A DNA stretch of 64,000 nt, taken from a virus. Below, piece after piece: positions 18,199 through 28,184 of the stretch. The notes below the pieces were generated by a model. It searched no databases, was not told the origin of the DNA, and was given only the letters and a program-made list of their open reading frames with translations. The position numbers were made by a program, and so were the translations under genes. Within the stretch, counting starts at the first letter, position 1, and every line of letters starts with the position of its first letter. The DNA lies in the IMG/VR virus record IMGVR_UViG_3300031754_000002, positions 41,859 through 105,858 of that record. One strand, written 5' to 3'.

Positions 18199-18525
18199 GT
18201 GAGACGCAACCTAAGCATCAGCTTCGAGGAAGCCTTTATCGAACGCCTAGACTTGGAACGTGGCACTATCTCGCGGGGCCGCTGGATCGAAGGCGAGCGA
18301 GCAATCGCGCCAAATACTACCGCTGCCGAGATTGGCTCAATGGCCGCCAATGCCTTCGGTGCCATGGTTGCCGCCGAGAACGATAACCTCCGGGCAGCAC
18401 GCGCTCAACCATCACCGCTCGCCCATCCCGTCGAGACCCTTGGCGAGATCGATGAGCACGTCACCGTGGAAACCCGCAAGCCCTCCTCGGTATCCCCTAA
18501 GCTGAGCGCAGACATCAAACCCTAA
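18199..18525 (+). CDS. RHH-like hypothetical protein
   Basis: MRRNLSISFEEAFIERLDLERGTISRGRWIE. Confidence 0.45.
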   Translation: MRRNLSISFEEAFIERLDLERGTISRGRWIEGERAIAPNTTAAEIGSMAANAFGAMVAAENDNLRAARAQPSPLAHPVETLGEIDEHVTVETRKPSSVSPKLSADIKP

Positions 18526-18563
18526 CCGAAGCAAACCAAACCCAAAACACGGAGACAAACACC

Positions 18564-19025
18564 ATGAGGCAGCTACAACGACAGGGCGACGTACTTCTAA
18601 TCCCTATCGACAGCATCCCCGCGAACGCAACAGCCGTCGCCCGGGACGCCCGCGGGCGAATTGTGCTCGCTGAGGGTGAGCGCACTGGGCACGCGCACTG
18701 TGTTCTCGACGATGCCGCGACACTATTTCGCCAGGATGATCTCGACGAGATGGCCGACCGTTTCCTACATGTGCAGGCCGAGTGCGGACTTATCGACGCT
18801 TGGCGGTGCCGTGACCGGCGGCGAGACATCGTATGCTGGATGCCCGCATACCAAAACACGGACCGCATCGAAGCGGCCGACTATGCAATTCTCGCCCGCG
18901 AAGACATACCTGGCGTCATTGTCGAGCACGAGGAGCACCTACATTTCGTCGTGCTGCCCGGGGACCACATCATCCGGCCGAAGCGTGAATACCAGCCAGA
19001 GGCCCCACGTCAGGTGATGGACTGA
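18564..19025 (+). CDS. Conserved phage protein (RQGDV...LAEGExTGHxH family), usual neighbour of DUF6745-type genes
   Basis: RQGDVLLIP, LAEGERTGHAH, HEEH, REY motifs. Confidence 0.7.
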   Translation: MRQLQRQGDVLLIPIDSIPANATAVARDARGRIVLAEGERTGHAHCVLDDAATLFRQDDLDEMADRFLHVQAECGLIDAWRCRDRRRDIVCWMPAYQNTDRIEAADYAILAREDIPGVIVEHEEHLHFVVLPGDHIIRPKREYQPEAPRQVMD

Positions 19026-19059
19026 TGGCGGCTCTAATTGGTGACAGGATGCTTCGCTG

Positions 19060-20412
19060 ATGGGCAAGCTCACGAAACTAACCCCAAGCCAAACCAAGCA
19101 TCTCGCGGCGAGTTATGAGGAATGGCTATCCGTCGGCCGCTGCACCGAACCAGCCGATCGGCCAGCAATGGAGACAGCGGTCCGCGCGATGTACGCCGAG
19201 ATTGGCCAGCCTCCACCAGCAGTCGTCTGGCTGGACTCTCCGTTGGCTGGCGTGTGTGGCTCCTGGTTCCTATCAAACCTGTTGAAGACGTTGCGCAACG
19301 ACGCAAACCAGCTCGGGGACCAGCTCAGGGACCAGCTCAGGGACCAGCTCGGGGGCCAGCTCAGGGGCCAGCTTGGGGACCAGCTCAGGGGCCAGCTCGG
19401 GGACCAGCTCTGGGACCAGCTCTGGGGCCAGCTTGGGGGCCAGCTTGGGGACCAGCTCAGGGACCAGCTCAGGGGCCAGCTCAGGGACCAGCTCAGGGAC
19501 CAGCTCTGGGGCCAGCTCGGGGGCCAGCTCAGGGGCCAGCTTGGGGACCAGCTCAGGGACCAGCTCTGGGGCCAGCTTGGGGACCAGCTCAGGGGCCAGC
19601 TCGGGGGCCAGCTCAGGGGCCAGCTCGGGGGCCAGCTCAGGGGCCAGCTCGGGGGCCAGCTCAGGGACCAGCTCAGGGGCCAGCTCGGGGACCAGCTCTG
19701 GGACCAGCTCTGGGGCCAGCTTGGGGGCCAGCTTGGGGACCAGCTCAGGGACCAGCTCGCACAATGCTGGTGGGCACAGCATGAAGCCGCGTGGATCGCA
19801 TTTTACTTGTGGCCCGAGACGAACCTAGCCGTCAACTACAAGGAACAGGTAAGTCGGCGTCTCGCCCTTTGGGAGACAACCGCGCGGTCTAGCTCATGGT
19901 GGTGGCCGATGATCGGCTTGGTTGTCCTTACGGAGCGACCATCCAACGTGTCCGTAGATGGTGAGGGCCGGCTACATGACGAGCGAGGTCCAGCGCTCGG
20001 CTACCGGGATGGGTGGGGCGTATGGTCGATCCACGGTGTACGAGTGACACCAAAGATTGTCGAGCACCCAGAGAGCCTAACGGTGCAAGAGATCCGGGAC
20101 GAGCCGAACGTGGAGGTTCGACGGGTGATGCTCGAACGGTTCGGTGCGGACCGCTTCATGGCGGAAAGCAACGCTGAGCTTATCGGCGAGGATGATTGGG
20201 GGAAGCTGTGGCGGATACCCGACGCGCCAGATGAGCCAGACGGTAAGCCGCTGGTGCTCGTTGAGATGCTGAACTCAACCCCGGAGCCAGACGGCTCGGT
20301 ACGCACATACTATGAGCGTGCTCACCCTGACGTGCAGACACCTTTGGCGGCGTTGGCTTGGCAGGCGAACATGAGCGAGAGCGAGTACATGCAGATGGGG
20401 GCGCAAACGTGA
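19060..20412 (+). CDS. DUF6745-like protein with a central QL[RGW][DG] tetrapeptide repeat
   Basis: C-terminal RLHDERGPALGYRDGWGVWSIHGV, EPNVEVRRVMLERFG, NSTPEPDGS. Confidence 0.75.
   Translation: MGKLTKLTPSQTKHLAASYEEWLSVGRCTEPADRPAMETAVRAMYAEIGQPPPAVVWLDSPLAGVCGSWFLSNLLKTLRNDANQLGDQLRDQLRDQLGGQLRGQLGDQLRGQLGDQLWDQLWGQLGGQLGDQLRDQLRGQLRDQLRDQLWGQLGGQLRGQLGDQLRDQLWGQLGDQLRGQLGGQLRGQLGGQLRGQLGGQLRDQLRGQLGDQLWDQLWGQLGGQLGDQLRDQLAQCWWAQHEAAWIAFYLWPETNLAVNYKEQVSRRLALWETTARSSSWWWPMIGLVVLTERPSNVSVDGEGRLHDERGPALGYRDGWGVWSIHGVRVTPKIVEHPESLTVQEIRDEPNVEVRRVMLERFGADRFMAESNAELIGEDDWGKLWRIPDAPDEPDGKPLVLVEMLNSTPEPDGSVRTYYERAHPDVQTPLAALAWQANMSESEYMQMGAQT
19309..19752 (+). repeat. 37 x 12-bp tandem repeat CAGCTY-NGG-GRC (coding)
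   Basis: Read directly; variation is confined to three positions per unit. Confidence 0.95.
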
Positions 20413-20733
20413 ACCGCATCCTGAATGCGCCGGATGACTCGTTCGCTGGTGTAAGTGCGATGATACCCGCAGAGCTTGGCCGTGTCGGCTACTCTTTCAA
20501 CTCCGATATCCCCGTGCCGGCCGGCAGCACAGTCATCGGGGATTATCCCCTTGACACAGGGTCGGATATCAGCTAGAGTCCTTCTTAGTGGACTCTTTTG
20601 CCTTTGGTTTCCGGGCTTTTTGGGCCTCTGCGCGCACCGCTTCCCGTGCTTGCTTGGGGAACATTCGCTGCGCGACCTGCTCGTTTGTGAGGTCGTGGGC
20701 CTTGGGCTTCGCTCGTGGCATGGTGGCTCTCTG

Positions 20734-21705
20734 ATGGAGTCTACGACGCTTGTGGGCCTGATCGAGGAGTTCGGCAGCGAGGAGAAGTGCCGCGCCTATC
20801 TTGAGGATCTGCGTTGGCCCGCTGGCCCCGAGTGCCCGCGCTGCGACGAGCCGACCACCGTTTCGCGGATCGCCTCGCGCAACCAGTTCGAGTGCGACAA
20901 GTGCCGCTACCAGTTCTCGGTCACGGCTGGGACGCTGTTCCACGACTCGCACCTGCCGTTGTGGAAGTGGTTCCTCGCGGTCTACCTGATGTGCGAGAGC
21001 AAGAAGGGCATCAGCGCCAAGCAGCTACACCGGATGCTCGGCGGCTCGTATAAGACGAGTTGGTATCTCTGCCACCGCGTCAGAGCGGCAATGGGCGAGG
21101 ACGAACAGCCGCTACTGACCGGCACGGTGGAGGTTGACGAGACCTACGTCGGCGGCAAACGCAAAGGCTACGGCGCCGGATATCGCGGGAACAAGGTCAT
21201 CGTGGCCGGTGCGATCGAGCGCGGCGGCGACATACGCCTACGGCTCGTCCCGAACACCCGCCGCCACAACCTGGAGCAGTTCATCGACTCCACCGTCTCA
21301 GACGACACGGAGGCGGTCTACACGGACGAGTTGAAGTCCTATGACGGCATCGCGGGCGAGAACCACCAGACCGTCGAGCACAAAGCCGAAGAATGGGTGC
21401 GGGGCGAGGTTCACACGAACAGCGTCGAGTCTGCCTGGAGCCTGCTCAAGCGCTCGATCGTGGGGACCTACCACCATATGAGCGTCAAGCACCTGCCCGC
21501 GTATCTGGCGGAGATGGAATGGCGCTTCAACCGCCGCGAGAACCCCTACCTATTCAGAGACACGCTGCTGGTGCTCCTCCACGGAGACGCGCTGCCCTAC
21601 AGCGTTCTGATCGAACGCGACGACCCCGGCGAGCGCCAGCGCGAGAACGACGCACTCATGCGGCGAGAGGCGAAGCGTCAGGCACGCCAGCAGCGCCCGT
21701 GCTAG
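20734..21705 (+). CDS. IS1595/ISXO2-like transposase
   Basis: Zn ribbon CPRC...CDKC; VEVDETYVGG, VYTDE, HTNSVESAW, YLAEMEWRFN. Confidence 0.9.
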   Translation: MESTTLVGLIEEFGSEEKCRAYLEDLRWPAGPECPRCDEPTTVSRIASRNQFECDKCRYQFSVTAGTLFHDSHLPLWKWFLAVYLMCESKKGISAKQLHRMLGGSYKTSWYLCHRVRAAMGEDEQPLLTGTVEVDETYVGGKRKGYGAGYRGNKVIVAGAIERGGDIRLRLVPNTRRHNLEQFIDSTVSDDTEAVYTDELKSYDGIAGENHQTVEHKAEEWVRGEVHTNSVESAWSLLKRSIVGTYHHMSVKHLPAYLAEMEWRFNRRENPYLFRDTLLVLLHGDALPYSVLIERDDPGERQRENDALMRREAKRQARQQRPC

Positions 21706-21938
21706 CGGCCTTCGCCGCGCTCGATCTCGGCCGCAAGGTCTGCGAGGGTCGCTCCGTAGCACCGTAGAAGGGCCATCATGGTCGGGTAGGCGATGCCTGC
21801 GCCATGCTCAACCGTGGATATGTGCCGTCCGCTGACGCTCACGGCTTCGGCCGCCTGCTCCTGCGTCTTGCCAGCCTTGCGTCTGATCGCCGCGAGCGCC
21901 CCGCCGAGAGCGAGGTAATCATCAGCGGCGCCCGTCAT
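21702..21938 (-). CDS. XRE HTH regulator (IS passenger, tandem copy 2)
   Basis: LAAIRRKAGKTQEQAAEAVSVSGRHISTVEHG. Confidence 0.8.
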   Translation of the reverse strand: MTGAADDYLALGGALAAIRRKAGKTQEQAAEAVSVSGRHISTVEHGAGIAYPTMMALLRCYGATLADLAAEIERGEGR

Positions 21939-21954
21939 GCGCAGCGCAGCGTAT

Positions 21955-22185
21955 CTAGCCGCGTTCGACCTCGGCGGCCAGCTCCGCGAGACTCGCCCGG
22001 TAGAACCTCAGCAGCGCCATCATCGTCGGGAAGGCGATCCCGGTCCGGCCCTTCTCGACCGTCGAGATATGACGGGCGCCAACATTGACGGCCGCGCCCG
22101 CTTCGGCCTGGGTGCGGCCTGCTCGGCGACGTAGCGCCGCGAGCGCTCTACCGAGCCGCACATAGTCGTCTGCGGGATCGATCAT
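21955..22185 (-). CDS. XRE HTH regulator (IS passenger, tandem copy 1)
   Basis: LAALRRRAGRTQAEAGAAVNVGARHISTVEKG; paralogue of 21702-21938. Confidence 0.8.
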   Translation of the reverse strand: MIDPADDYVRLGRALAALRRRAGRTQAEAGAAVNVGARHISTVEKGRTGIAFPTMMALLRFYRASLAELAAEVERG

Positions 22186-22306
22186 CTATCTGGACTCAAT
22201 GTGAGACATCAAATCTGCTACCGTTTGGCCGCTTGTACAAACGGCGGGACCGTTGGGAGGTTACCCCGACGGCCCCGCCTACATCGACAGAGAGCTTGCT
22301 CTGCCA

Positions 22307-22558
22307 ATGCCGAAGCAGGATACCGATGGGCTTGATTTTGACGCCGAGCGCGCGATAGTCGCGCGGCTCTTGGAGGACACGTCAAAGCTCGTTGCACGCG
22401 ACCGGCTCTACGCGACCGCTCCGAGCATCACACCCGAGCGACTGGACGCCGCCGTTGCGTCGCTGGCACGAGCGCGTGTCCTGTTGATCCAGCGCGACGG
22501 GCTGCGCGCTACCGGAACGCTCAAACGCTTGGCTGCTCTGCGCATGGTCGTCTTCTGA
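22307..22558 (+). CDS. IS passenger hypothetical protein
   Basis: Divergent from the HTH pair and preceded by a hairpin; coupled to the next ORF, 22558-22776. Confidence 0.45.
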   Translation: MPKQDTDGLDFDAERAIVARLLEDTSKLVARDRLYATAPSITPERLDAAVASLARARVLLIQRDGLRATGTLKRLAALRMVVF

Positions 22559-22776
22559 TGCACCGTCTCGAACTCAACGTGACCGCTGACGAGTTCCGCG
22601 AGCGCCTGGCCGCCGCCAAGCGCCAGAACCTCAGCATCAGCGACCACCTCCGCATCGCACTCGGGATGCAACCGTTCGGCGACCAGCCGCTATACGAGGT
22701 GGACCGCGAACCTCGCGGACGCCTGCAGCTCGTGCATAGCGAGCGGCAGGCACAGCGGCAGGCACAGCGGCGATAA
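22558..22776 (+). CDS. IS passenger, RHH-like small protein
   Basis: MHRLELNVTADEFRERLAAAKRQNLSISDHLRIALG; start overlaps the previous stop. Confidence 0.45.
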   Translation: MHRLELNVTADEFRERLAAAKRQNLSISDHLRIALGMQPFGDQPLYEVDREPRGRLQLVHSERQAQRQAQRR

Positions 22777-22809
22777 CATCGGCGATCGATTCACGCCACG
22801 GAGACGATC

Positions 22810-23553
22810 TTACGATTCGCCGAGGATCGCCTTCAGCACCTCCACGCGCTGCTCGATGTAACCCGCGAGTCGGTCAAAGTCGCCCTGCGTGGGGTCGGGA
22901 TGTGCGGGCGGAGGCTTGCCGTCGAACGCGTCCGACTTCAATGGCAATTCAGCGATCAGTCGGTGTTGCACCTTCACGGACCATGCCGCCGCCCGTTCGG
23001 TGAGGCGCCTGAGCATCGCAGTCGGATCGGGGGTAAACATCGACAACGAGTCGAGGATAAACGAGGATTCGCCTGCGAGCCGCCGCTTCTGCTTATTGAT
23101 TGAGATCCCGAACTCCGTCCCCCGCTCGCGCTCATGGGAAAGCCACGCCCGAAGCTCGGGGCTAAGCTGCTCGGCGCGTAGCTCGCCCGTCGCCTCATGC
23201 TTGCTCTGCTCGCGCTGCGCACCGGGAATGACCCGCGCGGGTATTTCGCGCGCAGGTCGATGCGACGGTGCGGAGACGGGGCGCTTGGGCGCCGCAGAAG
23301 GCGCGGGCGGTTGGCCGCGAGCAATAGCAGACCAGTGTTTGACGCGCTCCGGCCCAAGCGCCACCAAGCCCACGATGATCGTGGCGGTAGCCGCCAACAC
23401 CACCCCAAGCGTATGGGACTGTGTGATCCCAGCGTCCCTCAGCCATTTGACCGCACCCGGAGCGCCCTGAGCCGTCTCGATCAACCCAAGAACGAAGGTC
23501 AACGCCAACAGTCCTCGGAACGAGAGCCAGGAGATACGCAGGGCACGTGCCAC
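22810..23553 (-). CDS. IS passenger membrane protein
   Basis: Two N-terminal hydrophobic segments. Confidence 0.5.
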   Translation of the reverse strand: MARALRISWLSFRGLLALTFVLGLIETAQGAPGAVKWLRDAGITQSHTLGVVLAATATIIVGLVALGPERVKHWSAIARGQPPAPSAAPKRPVSAPSHRPAREIPARVIPGAQREQSKHEATGELRAEQLSPELRAWLSHERERGTEFGISINKQKRRLAGESSFILDSLSMFTPDPTAMLRRLTERAAAWSVKVQHRLIAELPLKSDAFDGKPPPAHPDPTQGDFDRLAGYIEQRVEVLKAILGES

Positions 23554-23686
23554 GATCGGCCCGACTCTAGCATGTGACCCTGCATCAACGGGATAGTCCC
23601 CCAGTCATCTACATTGAATGTGCTAACTGCGTCCTTGGCAAGCACGGACTTGCAAGTCACGTTTCGCCTCAGTGCGACTGCAACTG

Positions 23687-26440
23687 TCACTCGTAAGGCG
23701 AGGATACGTCTTCACCATTATCCAGCATTTCCTGATAGATCGCGTTTAGGTCGTATACTTCCGGGCTACTCGGCCGATAGGCCGCTGCGCGCTCAAAGGC
23801 CATAACAGACGCGACGGCAAGGTCGATCCGGCGCGGACTGTATTTCGCATCCTTAGAAAGCTGCGAGCCGGCCGATGTAACCTTCAAGACCGCGTTCTCG
23901 ACATGCCTAGCTAGGTCAGGGTTAGCCGAGTGCGTCAGACCACCGTTCGTGATTGCCTCGCCGAATCGTGTGGTAGCAGGGATCATGCGCGCTGGCCGCT
24001 GGGGAAAGTCGAGGACCGGCAGACCCTCCTTCTCAAGGATTTCGAGGCTCCGCGCCCATCGGTAAGAATCCGCGACGATCTCACGCACCTGCCAGCGTTT
24101 ACATGCCTCCCTGATTTCGTCCTCTACATCCTCGATCGGCACCTGCCAATCCGGCGGACTCATCGGTGTAGGCTCCCATGATTTCACTACGTCGAGATGC
24201 GCGGTCTCACCGAGCGCGACAACTACTAGGGCGGTCGCATCAAAGTTAAACGACCCGTCGAAGCCGAGAACCACCTCCGCGTGATCCTCGATCAGCCGGT
24301 CACTCTCGGACGCTTTCCATCGTTCCGCAGATATCCACCGCTCTGCACCGGCGGCAACGACTTCGTTTAGATAGTAGCGACGAGATTCCCACTCAGGAGT
24401 CGTTGGATCGGCGATCTCGTCAAGCAGCCGCTCAACATCAAGCCACGTCGAATCGCCGCGCACAATCAGCAACGCCTCGCGGATCGCAGACCTGTCGGTG
24501 ATGTCCTTGACTGCCGTCGCCTCGCGGCTATCGTAGTAAATGTCCTTGAGTTTGCCGGTACGCCACGCCTCAAAGGTTTCCTCAGCCGCCGACCCCTCAC
24601 CGGGAAGGTGTGCGTTGGTAATTTCCATCGCCCGCGCTTCGCCATCACGCGCCTTCGCAAGGTTGCGTTTGATGACTTTCGACATCTCGATACCGTCATT
24701 GTTTGTCAGCCACAGATGCGAATTGTGGGTGACATGGCCGCCCTCGCCTACGAGAAACAGATGATCCGACGCGTCCACCGCTACACAGCGGACTGGTACG
24801 GATTCAACTGCTTCAATCGCGCTGACAGTCACCCAGTCAGGCCCTCGACGATGTTGGTTGACGCGAGCGACCTTCCGGGGAAGGCTAAACGGCACGAGCC
24901 CTCCGCGCGGAGTAAAGGAAACACGATGAGAGCCACCCGTACGGCTCCGCGAGTCGGGCGCAAAGCTATGGCTAGCCACCTGCCCGAGAGTGCGGAGCAG
25001 GTATAGCACATCGCTAGCCAACTGATTAGTGCCGACAAAGATGCAGCCGCCATCTTTCGTTACGCACCCATCACTGTCCATCAGTCCACGTAGAAGCTCG
25101 CTCCGCTGCTCGATCGAACCTTCGAAGTAGCAGGTTGGCACATGCTTGTCGTAGAAACACGGCAGCGCGCGGAGTGCTTCCCCGAACTCTGTTCCCTTAT
25201 GAAAACCCGCGCGTCCTGACAGTGCTATCCGACAGGCGCGCCGTCGTTGAGGCACGCTCCGCGCCGCGACATCACGAGCAGCAAGTTGGGCCACGATCTC
25301 AGGGGCGTCATCATCGCTCGCCGTGAGATACGGCTGCCCCCTGTTACCGTCGCCGAGCCACAGTCCTAGCGCATACGGATCAACGAGGAACGTGGAAGGC
25401 GGGCGGTCCCAAGCACTAGGAGCCGGGATACGAAACTTACGGCCGTCAGCGACCATCTCGGCTGCGGATCGGACCCGAGGCTTAGCGCCCGATCCCGCCA
25501 ACCTTGTCGCCCATAGATGACCGTCGCTGGCTACAACGCTCGTCCCATCCTCAAAGCAAACCCGGAAGCAGGCGCGATCATACTGGACCGGCGTTGCCTT
25601 CAAGACCACAGTCGCTCGACCATTCCTACCGAGCAACTGGTCGCCCGGCTGAACATCGCCCATCGTCGTCCAGCCGCCGGGAGTCGGTAGCGGTGTATCG
25701 AGTGCCAGCGCCTCATTGGCGATCACGAATGTGGCCCTGTTGCCCTCCAGGGCCGTCGGACTCGATGTTACAGCCTGTATCTGCCCGACGCCGCGAGCGT
25801 AAATCTTCTCCTTGCCGACATCGATCGAGAACTCTTTGATCGCGTCTTTGCTGAACATGCCCGGAAACAGCAGCATCGTGTTCCGAGTCTGCTCAAGCGT
25901 CACGGCCGCGACCTGAATCCACGGCGCAGGGTGCTGAATCGCAATCGGCGAACCGTCCGATGCCCATCCACCGAACCTGCAAGGTCCGCATAGCTCAACA
26001 GCAGCGAGGGAGGCGAGGAATGGATCCTTCCCCCATCCCTTCATCCGCCGGAGAACACCACGACGATGAATGAGACGGCCCCTAGCGTCGATCTCATACC
26101 AGCGCAGGACCACCCGCGCCTGTTCATCGGTGTAAGCCCACAGTTGGCCCGCATCGGGACCGTCCGGTTGCTGGAGATATTCAGCAGTCCATTGCAAGAC
26201 GGCCCAGCCGAGAGTGCGGTTATCGGCTGGTGTCTTGTCGGGTAGCGACTGGATCGCCACAAGGGAGTGTGCCGGATGCGCTCGCCGCCAGTTCGTGTCT
26301 CCACAGCGCTTGGGCTTGGCACAGTAGCGCGCCCGAGCGGGACGGCCCTCGATCGACTCATTACAATGCAAACAGCGACGATCAGGCAACCCTAGCGCCC
26401 TTCCCCGAGTTGCAGCCCCGATGCGCCGCCGCAAGCTCAT
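23687..26440 (-). CDS. terL: Terminase large subunit with an intein
   Basis: RRMKGWGKDP Walker A; FVIANE Walker B split by the intein; nuclease motifs LGFDGS...DATA and RIDLAVA. Confidence 0.9.
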   Translation of the reverse strand: MSLRRRIGAATRGRALGLPDRRCLHCNESIEGRPARARYCAKPKRCGDTNWRRAHPAHSLVAIQSLPDKTPADNRTLGWAVLQWTAEYLQQPDGPDAGQLWAYTDEQARVVLRWYEIDARGRLIHRRGVLRRMKGWGKDPFLASLAAVELCGPCRFGGWASDGSPIAIQHPAPWIQVAAVTLEQTRNTMLLFPGMFSKDAIKEFSIDVGKEKIYARGVGQIQAVTSSPTALEGNRATFVIANEALALDTPLPTPGGWTTMGDVQPGDQLLGRNGRATVVLKATPVQYDRACFRVCFEDGTSVVASDGHLWATRLAGSGAKPRVRSAAEMVADGRKFRIPAPSAWDRPPSTFLVDPYALGLWLGDGNRGQPYLTASDDDAPEIVAQLAARDVAARSVPQRRRACRIALSGRAGFHKGTEFGEALRALPCFYDKHVPTCYFEGSIEQRSELLRGLMDSDGCVTKDGGCIFVGTNQLASDVLYLLRTLGQVASHSFAPDSRSRTGGSHRVSFTPRGGLVPFSLPRKVARVNQHRRGPDWVTVSAIEAVESVPVRCVAVDASDHLFLVGEGGHVTHNSHLWLTNNDGIEMSKVIKRNLAKARDGEARAMEITNAHLPGEGSAAEETFEAWRTGKLKDIYYDSREATAVKDITDRSAIREALLIVRGDSTWLDVERLLDEIADPTTPEWESRRYYLNEVVAAGAERWISAERWKASESDRLIEDHAEVVLGFDGSFNFDATALVVVALGETAHLDVVKSWEPTPMSPPDWQVPIEDVEDEIREACKRWQVREIVADSYRWARSLEILEKEGLPVLDFPQRPARMIPATTRFGEAITNGGLTHSANPDLARHVENAVLKVTSAGSQLSKDAKYSPRRIDLAVASVMAFERAAAYRPSSPEVYDLNAIYQEMLDNGEDVSSPYE
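24722..25711 (-). mobile_element. Ala1 (class 3-type) intein with LAGLIDADG endonuclease in TerL, 330 aa
   Basis: NE|ALALDTPLPTP ... HLW ... LGLWLGDG ... LRGLMDSDG ... VRCV ... VTHN|S. Confidence 0.85.
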
Positions 26441-26693
26441 TCTTGTTCGCTTCGCGCATCTGGTGCTGACCGAAGCGCGGGATTAGGTGATCTGCGGTAT
26501 CGGCACCCGGTAGACCGCAGATATGGCAGATCCCGTGGTCGCGTTCGATCACTTCACGGCTGATCCGGCCCCAGTTCGGCCCAAACCGCTGCTTAGTGGT
26601 CCCCCGCTGGTTCTGTGGGTCACACCGCGAGCAGTAAGACCCCGAGCGAATCGGACCGCCGCAACCCAAACAAGGCCGGCGCAGACGGCTCAC
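26382..26693 (-). CDS. Packaging-associated HNH endonuclease
   Basis: RDHGICHICG...ADHLIP...AAHRGCNSGKG; lies between TerS and TerL. Confidence 0.8.
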   Translation of the reverse strand: MSRLRRPCLGCGGPIRSGSYCSRCDPQNQRGTTKQRFGPNWGRISREVIERDHGICHICGLPGADTADHLIPRFGQHQMREANKNELAAAHRGCNSGKGARVA

Positions 26694-27115
26694 CGCTTAG
26701 CGGCCTTCCTGTACTTCGCCATTAGCGCAACCGCTGGCGGCTCCTCCGCTGCGTCGCTGTGCTCCAAGATCAACCGGGCACGCCGACGATCACCCTCCGT
26801 CGCCAGCAGACAGCTCATCATGTTCATAACGACCGCAATAGCGTTCGCGTTGAGCTTATCGCCATTCAACTGACGCGACAGCAACTCGCACGCCACGCCA
26901 GCCATCTCACGGTCCGAAGGCTCGTAGAACACCGCCTGGCCCGACATCATTAGCGAGTCATACAGCGCTTTCGCGCGCGGATGCCAGCTATCGTCGGCCG
27001 GTGGAGCTAGCTCCGCGTCGGGCGCACGAGGGATCTCAACCACCTGCGGAATCGACTCTTTGTTGCGTCTACGTCGTTCAGACGGCCGCTTGGGAATTGG
27101 TCCATCGCCCGGCAT
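26690..27115 (-). CDS. terS: Terminase small subunit (actinophage type)
   Basis: GPIPKRPSERRRRNK, WHPRAKALYDSL, SGQAVFYEPSD, TEGDRRRARL. Confidence 0.75.
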   Translation of the reverse strand: MPGDGPIPKRPSERRRRNKESIPQVVEIPRAPDAELAPPADDSWHPRAKALYDSLMMSGQAVFYEPSDREMAGVACELLSRQLNGDKLNANAIAVVMNMMSCLLATEGDRRRARLILEHSDAAEEPPAVALMAKYRKAAKR

Positions 27116-28184
27116 TTTACCTCCAAAGCCGGGACCCGTACCGACCCCCGCGCGACTGCGGGCGGGTCAGGTAGGACACGCCACACCTTTCCGACCCGGC
27201 GTGTGAGGAATAGGCAGAGGACCACGACTCCGACTCTCAGCCTCCAGCGCGGCCGGGATCGCATAGCTTCGCCGCTCAATCAGGACCGGACGGTCTGCTT
27301 CCATCGCTGCTGCTCCCTTCGCCTCTCAGGCTGCTGCTCGTTTCGCTGGCCGAACCTGCCACGGCTGAGCCATCCTAGAAGCACGTTTAGGCTCAGCGGA
27401 GTTCGGACCACAACCACAGACGCAGCCGTTCTGATACCCGTGACAGACGATCGCTCGGCGTAGTTCGCCGTCGATAGCCACTAGGCGAGCAGGCTGGAAA
27501 CCTGCATGCGCTAGGCCGCGAGCGATCAACGCCTCATCCGCGGGTCCGTGGGGTTGGCCTTCGCTACATCGCTTGCATGAGCAGCCGAGACTCGGTGACA
27601 TTGGCCTCCTACCATAGGAGCAGTAGATTGACGACCGCGAGCGAGTAGCAGGCTAGCTATTCCTTGCCGCGACGGGGCCCGTCAAGGATGGCTATACCGA
27701 GCAAAGCAACCGTGAGGCAGCCGAGAAACGCGTACTTCAACGGCTCTTTGCGTCGCCCAAGACGCGGGCAGCCTCATTGACCGGCTTGAATGCCCCCAAA
27801 CCCGTCGAGAACACGTCCTCGCCCACGATCCACAATGGCCCGTCGTTGACCGGATACTCGATTGCGGCCTGCCTGAGCAGCTTCTCGTCTTCGAGCATCG
27901 CCGTCAATTCCTCGACCTTGCCGTGAAGCTGCTGTGCTCGTTTAGCCCACACTGCGGCTATAGCTATTGCGCTCATCGCCGCTCCAGCAAGTCCAGAATC
28001 CAGTCCACATCCTCAGACGCAAAGCCGCACAACCGGCGTACATCGCTCCTTGAGAGCTTGCCTTCGTTGAGGGCAGCGAGAACGCGATCCTGCCGAGAAA
28101 CGAAGGTCGCTAGCATCTCCTGGGCCTCGTCTTCGACCTCGCGCCCGTATTCGGGGTCGGTCGGGCGCCGTTTCTGAACCGGCA

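Larger units (their letters stand above)
20538..23601 (+). mobile_element. IS1595-family element with passenger genes
   Basis: 26-bp imperfect IRs GGGGATTATCCCCTTGACACAGGGTC and (reverse complement) GGGGACTATCCCGTTGATGCAGGGTC. TSD CAGTCATC at 20530-20537 and 23602-23609. Confidence 0.9.
20409..23696 (+). pseudogene. Small Cys/His-rich gene split by the IS1595 element
   Basis: Removing the IS plus one CAGTCATC copy restores MNRILNAP...GSTVI|YIECANCVLGKHGLASHVSPQCDCNCHS*. Confidence 0.6.

Noticed and set aside
19309-19752. Diversity-generating retroelement as the source of repeat variation
   Set aside because: No reverse transcriptase or TR/VR pair was recognised in the window.
19122-19828. 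Alternative-frame ORFs (GPAQ, PELA and GTSS repeats)
   Set aside because: By-products of the stop-free 12-bp repeat; only the QL frame joins recognisable flanking domains.
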